Shown one piece after another: positions 52,692 to 60,473 of a stretch of 64,000 nucleotides of DNA (positions are counted from its first letter, which is position 1; the number at the start of each line of letters is the position of its first letter). The position numbers and the translations under genes are program-made. Origin of the DNA: an uncultured Actinomycetota bacterium (GTDB taxonomy: Bacteria > Actinomycetota > Actinomycetes > JACCUZ01). The stretch spans positions 3,895 to 67,894 of the forward strand of contig CAVSKC010000007.1 in NCBI GenBank assembly GCA_963728425.1, in the 5' to 3' direction. The notes beneath the pieces were generated by a model. That model made no database searches and was not told the DNA's origin. It saw only the letters and a program-made list of their open reading frames with translations.

Positions 52692-52995
52692 TCACCCCAG
52701 CAGCCGGAGCAGCGCGGCAGTGGCGGCCGCAGCCGACCACGACCACGATGAACGGCGCGCGCAGCAGCAGCGCCACGACGGCCACTGCGACCCCCGCCGC
52801 CCGGGCGTCGAGCACCAGCGAGGTGCCTGTCGCGAAGGTCTGCACCGCGGCCAGCGCCGCCAGCAGGGCCACCGGCAGCAGGGCGACCACCTGGGCCGCG
52901 ACCGGGTGCTCCAGCCAGCGCTCCGGCACCTGCAGACCGGCCAGCTTGAGCAGGTAGCAGCTGCCGGCCGCGAGCAGGATGGTCAGCCAGGTCAC
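52692..52995 (-). pseudogene. azlD: AzlD-family branched-chain amino acid exporter small subunit, one frameshift near 52735
   Basis: The GTG at 52995 overlaps the azlC stop (GTGA). The protein reads VTWLTILLAAGSCYLLKLAGLQVPERWLEHPVAAQVVALLPVALLAALAAVQTF...AGVAVAVVALLLRAPFIVVVV. A shifted frame then gives AAAATAALLRLLG* with the stop at 52694-52692. Confidence 0.6.
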
Positions 52996-53687
52996 GGCCG
53001 CCTCCGCCGGGCGAGCACGGCTACCGCTGGCACCAGGGCTGCTACCAGCACCGGGACGCCGGCGGGCACCAGGGGCACCACCGCCAGGGCCACCAGTGCG
53101 GCGACCACGGCGATCGTCCAGGTCGGCCGGTCGCGCAGCCGTGGCGCGAGCATCGCCAGGAACGCGGCCGGGGCTGCGGCGTCCAGGCCGAAGTCGCGCG
53201 GGTCGCCCACCTCGCTGCCGGCCAGCGCGCCCAGCAGGGTGGCGGCGTTCCACAGCACGAAGACCGACAGCCCGGTCGCCCAGAAGCCGAGCCGGCCGGC
53301 CCGCACCCCGTGCACCTCGCCCCCGAGCGCAACCGCGGTCGACTCGTCGATGACCAGGTGGGCGGCCAGCAGCCGCTGCGCTCCCCGCACCTGCAGCAGC
53401 GGGGCCAGCCGCACGCCGTACACCCCGTTGCGCGCGCCGAGCAGCACGGCCGACAGCGCTCCGGACAGCTGCGAGCCGCCACCGCCCAGCGCCCCGACCA
53501 GGGCGAATTGCGACCCGCCGGTGAACATCAGCAGCGAGAGCGCACAGGTCTGCGTCACCGACAGGCCGGCTGCCACGCCGAGCGCCCCGACCGACACGCC
53601 GTACGCGCCGGAGGCCACACCGACCGAGACGGCCGTGCGGACGATGGGGGCGCGGACCTCGGGCCAGCTGCCGGGCGGCTCGGTCAC
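52992..53687 (-). CDS. azlC: AzlC family branched-chain amino acid exporter permease
   Basis: Intact 231-aa ORF with ...SLLMFTGGSQFALVGAL...LLGARNGVYGVRLAPLL...HLVIDESTAVAL..., typical of AzlC. Confidence 0.78.
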   Translation of the reverse strand: MTEPPGSWPEVRAPIVRTAVSVGVASGAYGVSVGALGVAAGLSVTQTCALSLLMFTGGSQFALVGALGGGGSQLSGALSAVLLGARNGVYGVRLAPLLQVRGAQRLLAAHLVIDESTAVALGGEVHGVRAGRLGFWATGLSVFVLWNAATLLGALAGSEVGDPRDFGLDAAAPAAFLAMLAPRLRDRPTWTIAVVAALVALAVVPLVPAGVPVLVAALVPAVAVLARRRRP

Positions 53688-54226
53688 AGGTCGACGAGCG
53701 CCGTGCGCAGCCGGGTCTGCTCGACCACCACCTCGCCGTCACCGCGCAGGTCGAGGCTGCGGGTGGCGCCGTCCTCCTCCCAGCCGGCCTCCGCGAGGAA
53801 GGCGCGCAGGTCCGACTCGGCCGCCGCCAGCCAGGCGTGCAGGTGGTGGAAGCCGTCGCCGCGGGCGATGTCGGCCGAGGCGTTGACCAGCCGCGAGCCG
53901 CTCCCCTGACGGGTCTCGGCCGGGTCGACGCACAGGGCCAGCAGCTCGGCGTCCAGGCGGGGGACCGTGTCCGGGTCGGACGCGGGGGCGAGTGCGGCGA
54001 AGCCGACCACCCGCTCGCCGACCAGCGCGGCCAGCACCCGGTGCCGGGGCGACGGCGGCTCGGCGATCGCCACCCGCCACCGGTCCGCGGCCTCGGTCGA
54101 GCCGACCGCCTCGAGCAGGTCGGCCGGCAGGGCTCCGGCGTGCACCTCGGCCCAGACCTCGGCCTGGATCCGGGCCAGCTCGTCGGCGTCCGCGGGGATC
54201 GCAAGGCGCACGCCGACGTCAGCCAT
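53684..54226 (-). CDS. GNAT family N-acetyltransferase
   Basis: Intact 180-aa ORF. ...ELLALCVDPAETRQGSGSRLVNASADIARGDGFHHLHAWLAAAESDLRAFLAEAGW is the acetyl-CoA-binding core (Q/RxxGxG/A). Confidence 0.75.
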   Translation of the reverse strand: MADVGVRLAIPADADELARIQAEVWAEVHAGALPADLLEAVGSTEAADRWRVAIAEPPSPRHRVLAALVGERVVGFAALAPASDPDTVPRLDAELLALCVDPAETRQGSGSRLVNASADIARGDGFHHLHAWLAAAESDLRAFLAEAGWEEDGATRSLDLRGDGEVVVEQTRLRTALVDL

Positions 54227-54247
54227 GCGCCAGATCCTGTCAGAGCG

Positions 54248-55372
54248 TCAGCGGCGCATCGTCCCGGCCAGGTCGGTTGACCAGGTGGCGCTCTCGACGG
54301 CTGCGGCCCCGACGTCGAAACGCATCCACGTCTCGGTGTGCTCGGCCGACTTATCCGCGAGGACGAGACGCTGATTCCCGGCGGCTCCGGTGAGCCAAAC
54401 CACTCGGGAGCCGGCCCAGCCCAGCGGCCGGAGGGCGGCGGCCGGGGCTTGCAAGACGGTCGGCGATGTCCCGTCGAGCCGGCGGACCGAGAAGGTCGGC
54501 CCCCTCCCGTCGTACACGAGCAACGACTGGCTGTCCGGCGACCAGGACTGCGAGCCGTTGACCATCCGGACCCCGCGCAGCCGGGCCCGGAGCTCGCCGC
54601 GCCGGTCGACCACGAGGGTGTCCGCCCCGTCCTTCATCGCCAGCAACGAGCCGTCCGGTGACCAGCCGAGACCGCCGACCACCCCGAAGGCACCGGGGAA
54701 GCAGCCGCACACCACCTTCGGGGTCGCCGGGGTCGCCAGCCGGCGCAGGGTCCGGCGCGCACCGGTGCCCAGGTCGACCAGTTCGACGGCGTCCCGGGTG
54801 TATTCCGCCGCGGCCCTGCCCTTCGGCGTGAGGGCGAGGAAGAAGACGTGGTCCTCCACGAGCCGTACCCGACCGGAGGCGAGGTCGACGATCACGTACG
54901 GCGTCCCGGTCGACCCCTCGTTCTGACGCACCAGCACCCGGCCGTCGGCGGAGAGCCGTTGCGAGAGCGCGGCGTAGGCCTGCCGCGTGGGCGGGATGGC
55001 GACGATCCGGCCACCGCCTGCCGGCACCAGGTAGGCGGGCGGTCCGTCCAGGGAGCTGTTTGTCAGGGTGATCGCCATCATGGCCGGGCCCGGGGAGTCC
55101 GAGGTCCGGTCGGGCAGGCGGAACACCGTGGGCGGGCGCTGCACGGGTTCGACCAGCCGGGGTCCGTCCGCCCGGAGCCAGCTCACCGCGGCGATGGCCA
55201 CGACGAGCGCTGCGACCGCCGCCGCGCCCAGCACAGTCCGCCGGCTCCAGCCGGGACGGGTCGCCGGCGGCTGTACCCGGTCGAGCAGGAGGGCGGGGCG
55301 CACCTCGTCGGCCAGGTCCTGCAGGGCCACCTGCAGGCGGTCCTCGAACGTCCGTTCCTCGGAGGTCGTCAT
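54248..55372 (-). CDS. membrane-anchored putative anti-sigma factor with an extracytoplasmic WD40-like/TolB-like beta-propeller domain
   Basis: The ATG at 55372 overlaps the ECF sigma stop (ATGA). The protein is MTTSEERTFEDRLQVALQDLADEV..., with a single TM (VLGAAAVAALVVAIAAVSWL) and then repeated motifs of PD40 type: LSADGRVL, LGWSPDGSLLAM, SWSPDSQSLLVY. Confidence 0.55.
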   Translation of the reverse strand: MTTSEERTFEDRLQVALQDLADEVRPALLLDRVQPPATRPGWSRRTVLGAAAVAALVVAIAAVSWLRADGPRLVEPVQRPPTVFRLPDRTSDSPGPAMMAITLTNSSLDGPPAYLVPAGGGRIVAIPPTRQAYAALSQRLSADGRVLVRQNEGSTGTPYVIVDLASGRVRLVEDHVFFLALTPKGRAAAEYTRDAVELVDLGTGARRTLRRLATPATPKVVCGCFPGAFGVVGGLGWSPDGSLLAMKDGADTLVVDRRGELRARLRGVRMVNGSQSWSPDSQSLLVYDGRGPTFSVRRLDGTSPTVLQAPAAALRPLGWAGSRVVWLTGAAGNQRLVLADKSAEHTETWMRFDVGAAAVESATWSTDLAGTMRR

Positions 55373-55908
55373 CGTGGTTCCCTCTCTCGGGCCGGGGTCA
55401 GGTCGCCGCACGCCTCACGCAGGTGGGTGAGCGCCTTGTGCGCCTGGCTCTTGACCGTCCCGACCGAGATCCCCAGCAGGTCGGCCACCTGCTGCTCGGT
55501 GAGGTCCTCGAAGTAGCGCAGCACCACCACCGTGCGCTGGCGGCGCCCGAGCCGCATCAGCGCCTGACGCAGGACCACCCGGTCCTCGACCCGGTCGCGG
55601 GAGTCGGGCGCGCGCCGTGGCTCCGGGACGGTGAAGGACAGCACCTCGGCCACCCGACGGCGCCGCCACAACGACACCTGGTCGCGGTACATGGTGCGGC
55701 GGACGTAGCTCTCCGCGGCCTCCGCGACCCGGATGGCCCCCCAATGTGCCACCACCTTCTCCAGCGCGCCCTGGACGAGGTCCTCGGCGAGCTGCTGGTC
55801 GCCCGTGAGGAGGTAGGCGGTGCGCAGCAACGCGTGACCGCGCGCGGCGACGAAGTCACGGACCTCGTCGTCGCGCGCGGTCACGGTGCTCCCCTCCTGC
55901 TGAGTCAT
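55369..55908 (-). CDS. ECF-type RNA polymerase sigma-70 family factor
   Basis: Intact 179-aa ORF. Region 2 reads ...DFVAARGHALLRTAYLLTGDQQLAEDLVQGALEKVVAHW...YVRRTMYRD. Region 4 reads LRQALMRLGRRQRTVVVLRYFEDLTEQQVADLLGISVGTVKSQAHKAL. Confidence 0.88.
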   Translation of the reverse strand: MTQQEGSTVTARDDEVRDFVAARGHALLRTAYLLTGDQQLAEDLVQGALEKVVAHWGAIRVAEAAESYVRRTMYRDQVSLWRRRRVAEVLSFTVPEPRRAPDSRDRVEDRVVLRQALMRLGRRQRTVVVLRYFEDLTEQQVADLLGISVGTVKSQAHKALTHLREACGDLTPAREREPR

Positions 55909-55921
55909 TCGATGGTGCGCC

Positions 55922-56296
55922 CTACGAGGTCGCGACGTGGCTGTGCTGGCCGATCCGGCGCGATGTCACGACGACGGCCCCGGTGAGCGCGGCGCCGAGG
56001 CCGGCGCTCATGGCGAGCTGCCAGAGCGCCGCGTCGCCGGTCGAGCCCGACTCCGGCTGCGGCTCGTGACCGGCAGGCACGGGCAGCTGGGCCTCGTGGT
56101 GCTCGATCTGCGCCTTGTTGGGCTGGGTCGGCCCGGCAGCTTGCCGCTCGGCGTGCTCGATCGCGGCCTTGGGGCCGGGGTCCGTGGTGGCGAGCGCCAC
56201 GGCCGGCAGCAGCACGAGAGGCAGCGCCGACAGGGCGAGGGTCAGGGCAGCGACGCGGTGACGGGGGCGGTGCGGGCGGTGCGGCACGTGCATCAT
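55922..56296 (-). CDS. small His/Glu-rich exported protein with an N-terminal signal/TM and a C-terminal TM anchor (unknown function)
   Basis: The ATG at 56296 follows AGGAGC. The protein is [38 protein letters not shown]...[40 protein letters not shown]...[25 protein letters not shown]. It lies 13 nt upstream of the ECF sigma gene on the same strand. Confidence 0.5.
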   Translation of the reverse strand: MMHVPHRPHRPRHRVAALTLALSALPLVLLPAVALATTDPGPKAAIEHAERQAAGPTQPNKAQIEHHEAQLPVPAGHEPQPESGSTGDAALWQLAMSAGLGAALTGAVVVTSRRIGQHSHVATS

Positions 56297-56420
56297 GGTC
56301 GGCTCCTGGTCCGGTCTCCTGCGGTGGACTGCTGACAAGTGGACGTCCGCTCCCCAAGACGTGGGCGCGCCGCGGAATGGTTGCCCGGCTCGTCGGCCCG
56401 CATCCGCCTACGATCGAGGC

Positions 56421-57233
56421 ATGGCCGGGACTCCTCACGTCGACACCCAGTACGAGGACCTGCTGCGGCACGTCCTGGAGCACGGCAGCAGCCGGCCGGA
56501 CCGCACAGGCACCGGCTCGCGCTCGGTCTTCGGCCACCAGATGCGCTACGACCTGCAGCAGGGCTTCCCGCTGATCACGACGAAGCGGGTGCACTTCCGG
56601 TCGATCGCCTACGAGCTGCTCTGGTTCCTGCGCGGCGAGAGCAACGTCGGTTGGCTGCGCGAGCACGGCGTCACCATCTGGGACGAGTGGGCGGCGCCGG
56701 ACGGTGACCTCGGACCCGTGTACGGCGTGCAGTGGCGGGCCTGGCCGACGCCCAGCGGGGAGCACGTCGACCAGATCGCTGGCGTGCTGGAGACCCTGCG
56801 CACCAACCCGCACTCGCGGCGGATGGTCGTCTCGGCCTGGAACGTCGGTGAGATCCCGCAGATGGCGCTGCCGCCCTGCCACACCCTGTTCCAGTTCTAC
56901 GTCGCCGACGGCCGGCTGTCCTGCCAGCTCTACCAGCGCAGCGCCGACCTCTTCCTCGGGGTCCCGTTCAACATCGCGAGCTACGCGCTGCTCACCCACA
57001 TGGTCGCCCAGCAGGTCGGGCTGGAGCCGGGCGACTTCGTCTGGACCGGCGGCGACTGCCACATCTACGACAACCACCTCGACCAGGTGCACGAGCAGCT
57101 GTCCCGCACGCCGTACCCGTTCCCGGAGCTGCGGCTGAAGCCGGCCGGCTCGCTGTTCGACCACACCTACGAGGACTTCGAGGTCGTGGGCTACCAGCAC
57201 CACCCGGCCCTGCGGGCGCCGGTGGCCGTCTGA
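56421..57233 (+). CDS. thyA: thymidylate synthase (ThyA type)
   Basis: [45 protein letters not shown]...[47 protein letters not shown]. The catalytic Cys and folate motifs are intact. Confidence 0.95.
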   Translation: MAGTPHVDTQYEDLLRHVLEHGSSRPDRTGTGSRSVFGHQMRYDLQQGFPLITTKRVHFRSIAYELLWFLRGESNVGWLREHGVTIWDEWAAPDGDLGPVYGVQWRAWPTPSGEHVDQIAGVLETLRTNPHSRRMVVSAWNVGEIPQMALPPCHTLFQFYVADGRLSCQLYQRSADLFLGVPFNIASYALLTHMVAQQVGLEPGDFVWTGGDCHIYDNHLDQVHEQLSRTPYPFPELRLKPAGSLFDHTYEDFEVVGYQHHPALRAPVAV

Positions 57234-57240
57234 GGCTGCG

Positions 57241-57771
57241 GTGACCGTCGGCGTCGTCGGACTCGTCTGGGCCCAGGCTGCGAACGGAGTGATCGGCGCC
57301 GACGGGACCCTGCCCTGGCACCTGCCCGAGGACCTGGCCCGGTTCAAGACGCTCACCCTGGGCTCGACCGTGGTGATGGGCCGCGCCACCTGGGAGTCGC
57401 TCCCGCGCGCGGTCCGGCCGCTGCCGGGCCGGCACAACGTCGTCCTGACCCGGCGGTCCGGCTGGCAGGCGCCCGGCGCCGAGGTCTGCGGCTCACTCGC
57501 CGCGGCCCTGGACCGGCCCGGTGACGTCTGGGTGGTGGGCGGCGCCAGCGTCTACGCCGAGGCGCTGCCGCACGCGGACCTCGTGGTGGTGACCGAGCTC
57601 GCGGACGCCGTCGATGGGGACACTTTCGCGCCGGTCCTGGGGTCCGGCTGGCGGGTCCGGGACCGCGACCCGGCGGACGGCTGGGCGACCTCCCGGACCG
57701 GTCTCCGGTACCGGGTGGTGAGCCACGTCCCGGCCGCTGGTGCGATCGCACCATCTGGTTGCAGGGTGTAA
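57241..57771 (+). CDS. folA: dihydrofolate reductase
   Basis: (M)TVGVVGLVWAQAANGVIGADGTLPWHLPEDLARFKTLTLGSTVVMGRATWESLP...NVVLTR...VWVVGGASVY. It lies directly after thyA. Confidence 0.9.
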   Translation: MTVGVVGLVWAQAANGVIGADGTLPWHLPEDLARFKTLTLGSTVVMGRATWESLPRAVRPLPGRHNVVLTRRSGWQAPGAEVCGSLAAALDRPGDVWVVGGASVYAEALPHADLVVVTELADAVDGDTFAPVLGSGWRVRDRDPADGWATSRTGLRYRVVSHVPAAGAIAPSGCRV

Positions 57772-57885
57772 CACCTGGGGCGTCCGCACCGATGATGTCG
57801 GCGAGCCCCGTCGCTGCCCGAACCCCCGAGCGGGTGGCGGCGGGGTCTCCCTATGACCCCACCTCGGCCCGGTAGCGTGAGCCCT

Positions 57886-58779
57886 ATGTCCACGAGCGCG
57901 GCGGCCGCATTCGGCCGGGTCCTGACAGCGATGGTCACGCCGTTCCGCACGGACGGCAGCCTGGACGTCGAGGCCGCCCAGCGGCTGGCGACCCACCTGG
58001 TCGAGCACGGGCACGACGGCCTGGTCGTGAGCGGGACGACCGGCGAGTCGCCCACCACCAGCGACGCCGAGAAGGAGCAGCTGCTCCGCGCGGTCGTCGA
58101 GGCGGTGGGGGACCGGGCCAAGGTGGTGGCCGGAACCGGGACGAACGACACCCACCACACGGTGGAGCTGTCCCGCTCGGCCGAGAAGGCGGGCGCGCAC
58201 GGCCTGCTGATCGTGACGCCGTACTACAACAAGCCACCCCAGGAGTCGCTGGTCCGGCACTTCGAGACCGCCGTCGACGCCGTCGACCTGCCGGTGATCC
58301 TCTACGACATCCCGGCTCGCACCGGCACGCCGATCGAGTACGACTCCCTGATGCGGCTGGCCGAGCACGAGCGGATCCTCGCGGTGAAGGACGCCAAGGG
58401 GGACCTGTTCGAGGGGTCCCGGGTGATGGCCGGCACCGACCTCGCCTACTACTCTGGCGACGACGCGATGAACCTCGCCTGGCTCACCCACGGTGGCATC
58501 GGGGTGATCAGCGTCGTCGGTCACGTGCACGGCGACGACTACGCAGCGATGGTGGCGGCGGTCGACCGCGGCGACCTGACCGAGGCGCTCGGCATCCACC
58601 GCCGCCTCATCCCGTCGGTGCGCGCGATCATGGACCGGGGGTCGCAGGGCGCGATCCGGTCCAAGGCCGCACTGCAGCTGCTCGGGGTGATCCCGGAGCG
58701 GACCGTCCGGATGCCCCTGCTCGATGCGACGGATGCCGAGGTGGCGCGCCTGCACGACGCCCTCGGGCTCCCCGGATGA
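57886..58779 (+). CDS. dapA: 4-hydroxy-tetrahydrodipicolinate synthase (start ATG 57886 preferred over 57853)
   Basis: ORF 57853..58779 reads ...FGRVLTAMVTPFRTDGSLDVEAAQRLATHLVEHGHDGLVVSGTTGESPTTS...TPYYNKP...AVKDAKGD... A TAGCGT hexamer lies 7 nt upstream of the ATG at 57886 and there is no SD (leaderless signature). Confidence 0.9.
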   Translation: MSTSAAAAFGRVLTAMVTPFRTDGSLDVEAAQRLATHLVEHGHDGLVVSGTTGESPTTSDAEKEQLLRAVVEAVGDRAKVVAGTGTNDTHHTVELSRSAEKAGAHGLLIVTPYYNKPPQESLVRHFETAVDAVDLPVILYDIPARTGTPIEYDSLMRLAEHERILAVKDAKGDLFEGSRVMAGTDLAYYSGDDAMNLAWLTHGGIGVISVVGHVHGDDYAAMVAAVDRGDLTEALGIHRRLIPSVRAIMDRGSQGAIRSKAALQLLGVIPERTVRMPLLDATDAEVARLHDALGLPG

Positions 58780-60461
58780 GCCACCCGCACCCCGAGCTCG
58801 GCCCGCCGCCCGCGCTTCCTGCGGGCGGCCTTCGTGTCGTCGCGCTGGGCGGGCTCGGCGAGGTCGGCAGGAACATGACCGTCTTCGAGTACGCCGGCCG
58901 GCTGCTGGTCGTGGACTGCGGCGTGCTCTTCCCGGAAGACTTCCAGCCCGGGGTGGACCTGATCCTGCCCGACTTCGAGTACATCCGGGACCGGCTGGAC
59001 GACATCGAGGCGGTCGTCCTTACCCACGGTCACGAGGACCACATCGGCGCGGTTCCCTACCTGCTGCGGGAGAAGCCCGACCTCCCGGTGATCGGGTCGC
59101 GGCTGACCCTGGCGATGGTCGAGGCCAAGCTGCAGGAGCACCGCATCACGCCGTACACGCTCGAGGTGCGGGAGGGTCAGCGGGAGCGGTTCGGGCCGTT
59201 CGACTGCGAGTTCCTCGCGGTCAACCACTCGATCCCGGACGCGCTCGCGGTCGCGATCCGCACCCCGGCCGGCCTGGTGGTGCACACCGGCGACTTCAAG
59301 ATGGACCAGCTGCCGCTGGACGGGCGGATCACCGACCTGCGGGCTCTCGCCCGGCTCGGCGACGAGGGCGTGGACCTGCTCCTCGTCGACTCGACCAACG
59401 CCGAGGTGCCCGGCTTCACCACCCCGGAGCGCGACATCGCCGCGGTGCTGGACACGGTGTTCGCCCAGGCGACCAAACGGGTGATCGTTGCCTCCTTCGC
59501 CAGCCACGTGCACCGGGTGCAGCAGGTCCTCGACGCCGCCGTCCGGCACCATCGCAAGGTGGCCTTCGTGGGCCGGTCGATGGTGCGCAACATGGGGCTG
59601 GCCCGGGACCTCGGCTACCTCGACGTCCCGGCCGGCCTGCTGGTGGACGTCAAGGCGCTCGACGACCTCCCCGACGACCAGATCGTGCTCGTCTGCACCG
59701 GGTCCCAGGGCGAGCCGATGTCGGCGCTGTCCCGGATCGCGAACCGGGACCACGTGATCCGGGTCGGCGAGGGCGACACGGTGATCCTCGCGTCCTCCCT
59801 CATCCCCGGCAACGAGAACCCGGTCTACCGGGTGATCAACGGCCTGTCCCGCTGGGGCGCCAAGGTGGTGCACAAGGCGAACGCCCTGGTGCACGTCTCC
59901 GGGCACGCGTCGGCCGGTGAGCTCCTCTACGTCTACAACATCGTCCGGCCCAGCAACGTGATGCCGGTGCACGGAGAGTGGCGGCACCTGCGCGCCAACG
60001 CCGACCTCGCCGTGCTCACCGGCGTGCCCCGCGACCGGACCGTGCTCGCCGAGGACGGCGTCGTGGTCGACCTGGTCGACGGCAGGGCGAGCATCGTCGG
60101 GGCGGTGCCGTGCGGCTACGTGTACGTCGACGGGTCCAGCGTCGGCGACGTCACCGAGTCGTCGTTGAAGGACCGCCGCATCCTGCGCGACGAGGGCTTC
60201 ATCTCGGTCGTGGTGGTCGTCGACTCGGTGACCGGGAAGGTGGCCGGCGGCCCGGAGATCCACGCTCGCGGGTTCGCCGAGGACGACAGTGTCTTCGACG
60301 AGGTCCGCAGCCTCGTCGAGGAGGCGCTGGACCGCGCCGCCGGCGAGGGCATCGGCGACCGGCGTCAGCTCGAGCAGCTGGTGCGGCGCACCGTCGGCAA
60401 GTGGGTCAGCGACACCCACCGCCGACGGCCCATGATCATCCCACTCGTGGTCGAGGTGTAG
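58776..60461 (+). CDS. rnj: ribonuclease J
   Basis: The ATG overlaps the dapA stop (ATGA). Intact 561 aa with the metallo-beta-lactamase motif VLTHGHEDHIGAVPYLL, a beta-CASP region and a C-terminal domain. Confidence 0.92.
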   Translation: MSHPHPELGPPPALPAGGLRVVALGGLGEVGRNMTVFEYAGRLLVVDCGVLFPEDFQPGVDLILPDFEYIRDRLDDIEAVVLTHGHEDHIGAVPYLLREKPDLPVIGSRLTLAMVEAKLQEHRITPYTLEVREGQRERFGPFDCEFLAVNHSIPDALAVAIRTPAGLVVHTGDFKMDQLPLDGRITDLRALARLGDEGVDLLLVDSTNAEVPGFTTPERDIAAVLDTVFAQATKRVIVASFASHVHRVQQVLDAAVRHHRKVAFVGRSMVRNMGLARDLGYLDVPAGLLVDVKALDDLPDDQIVLVCTGSQGEPMSALSRIANRDHVIRVGEGDTVILASSLIPGNENPVYRVINGLSRWGAKVVHKANALVHVSGHASAGELLYVYNIVRPSNVMPVHGEWRHLRANADLAVLTGVPRDRTVLAEDGVVVDLVDGRASIVGAVPCGYVYVDGSSVGDVTESSLKDRRILRDEGFISVVVVVDSVTGKVAGGPEIHARGFAEDDSVFDEVRSLVEEALDRAAGEGIGDRRQLEQLVRRTVGKWVSDTHRRRPMIIPLVVEV

Positions 60462-60473
60462 ACGGAGGTCGGC

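Noticed and set aside
55922-56296. Possible sortase (LAxTG-type) sorting signal in the His-rich protein C-terminus ([14 protein letters not shown]).
   Set aside because: The motif is AALTG and is embedded inside the hydrophobic segment itself. Only 5 hydrophobic residues lie between it and the basic tail, so the layout does not fit a sorting signal.
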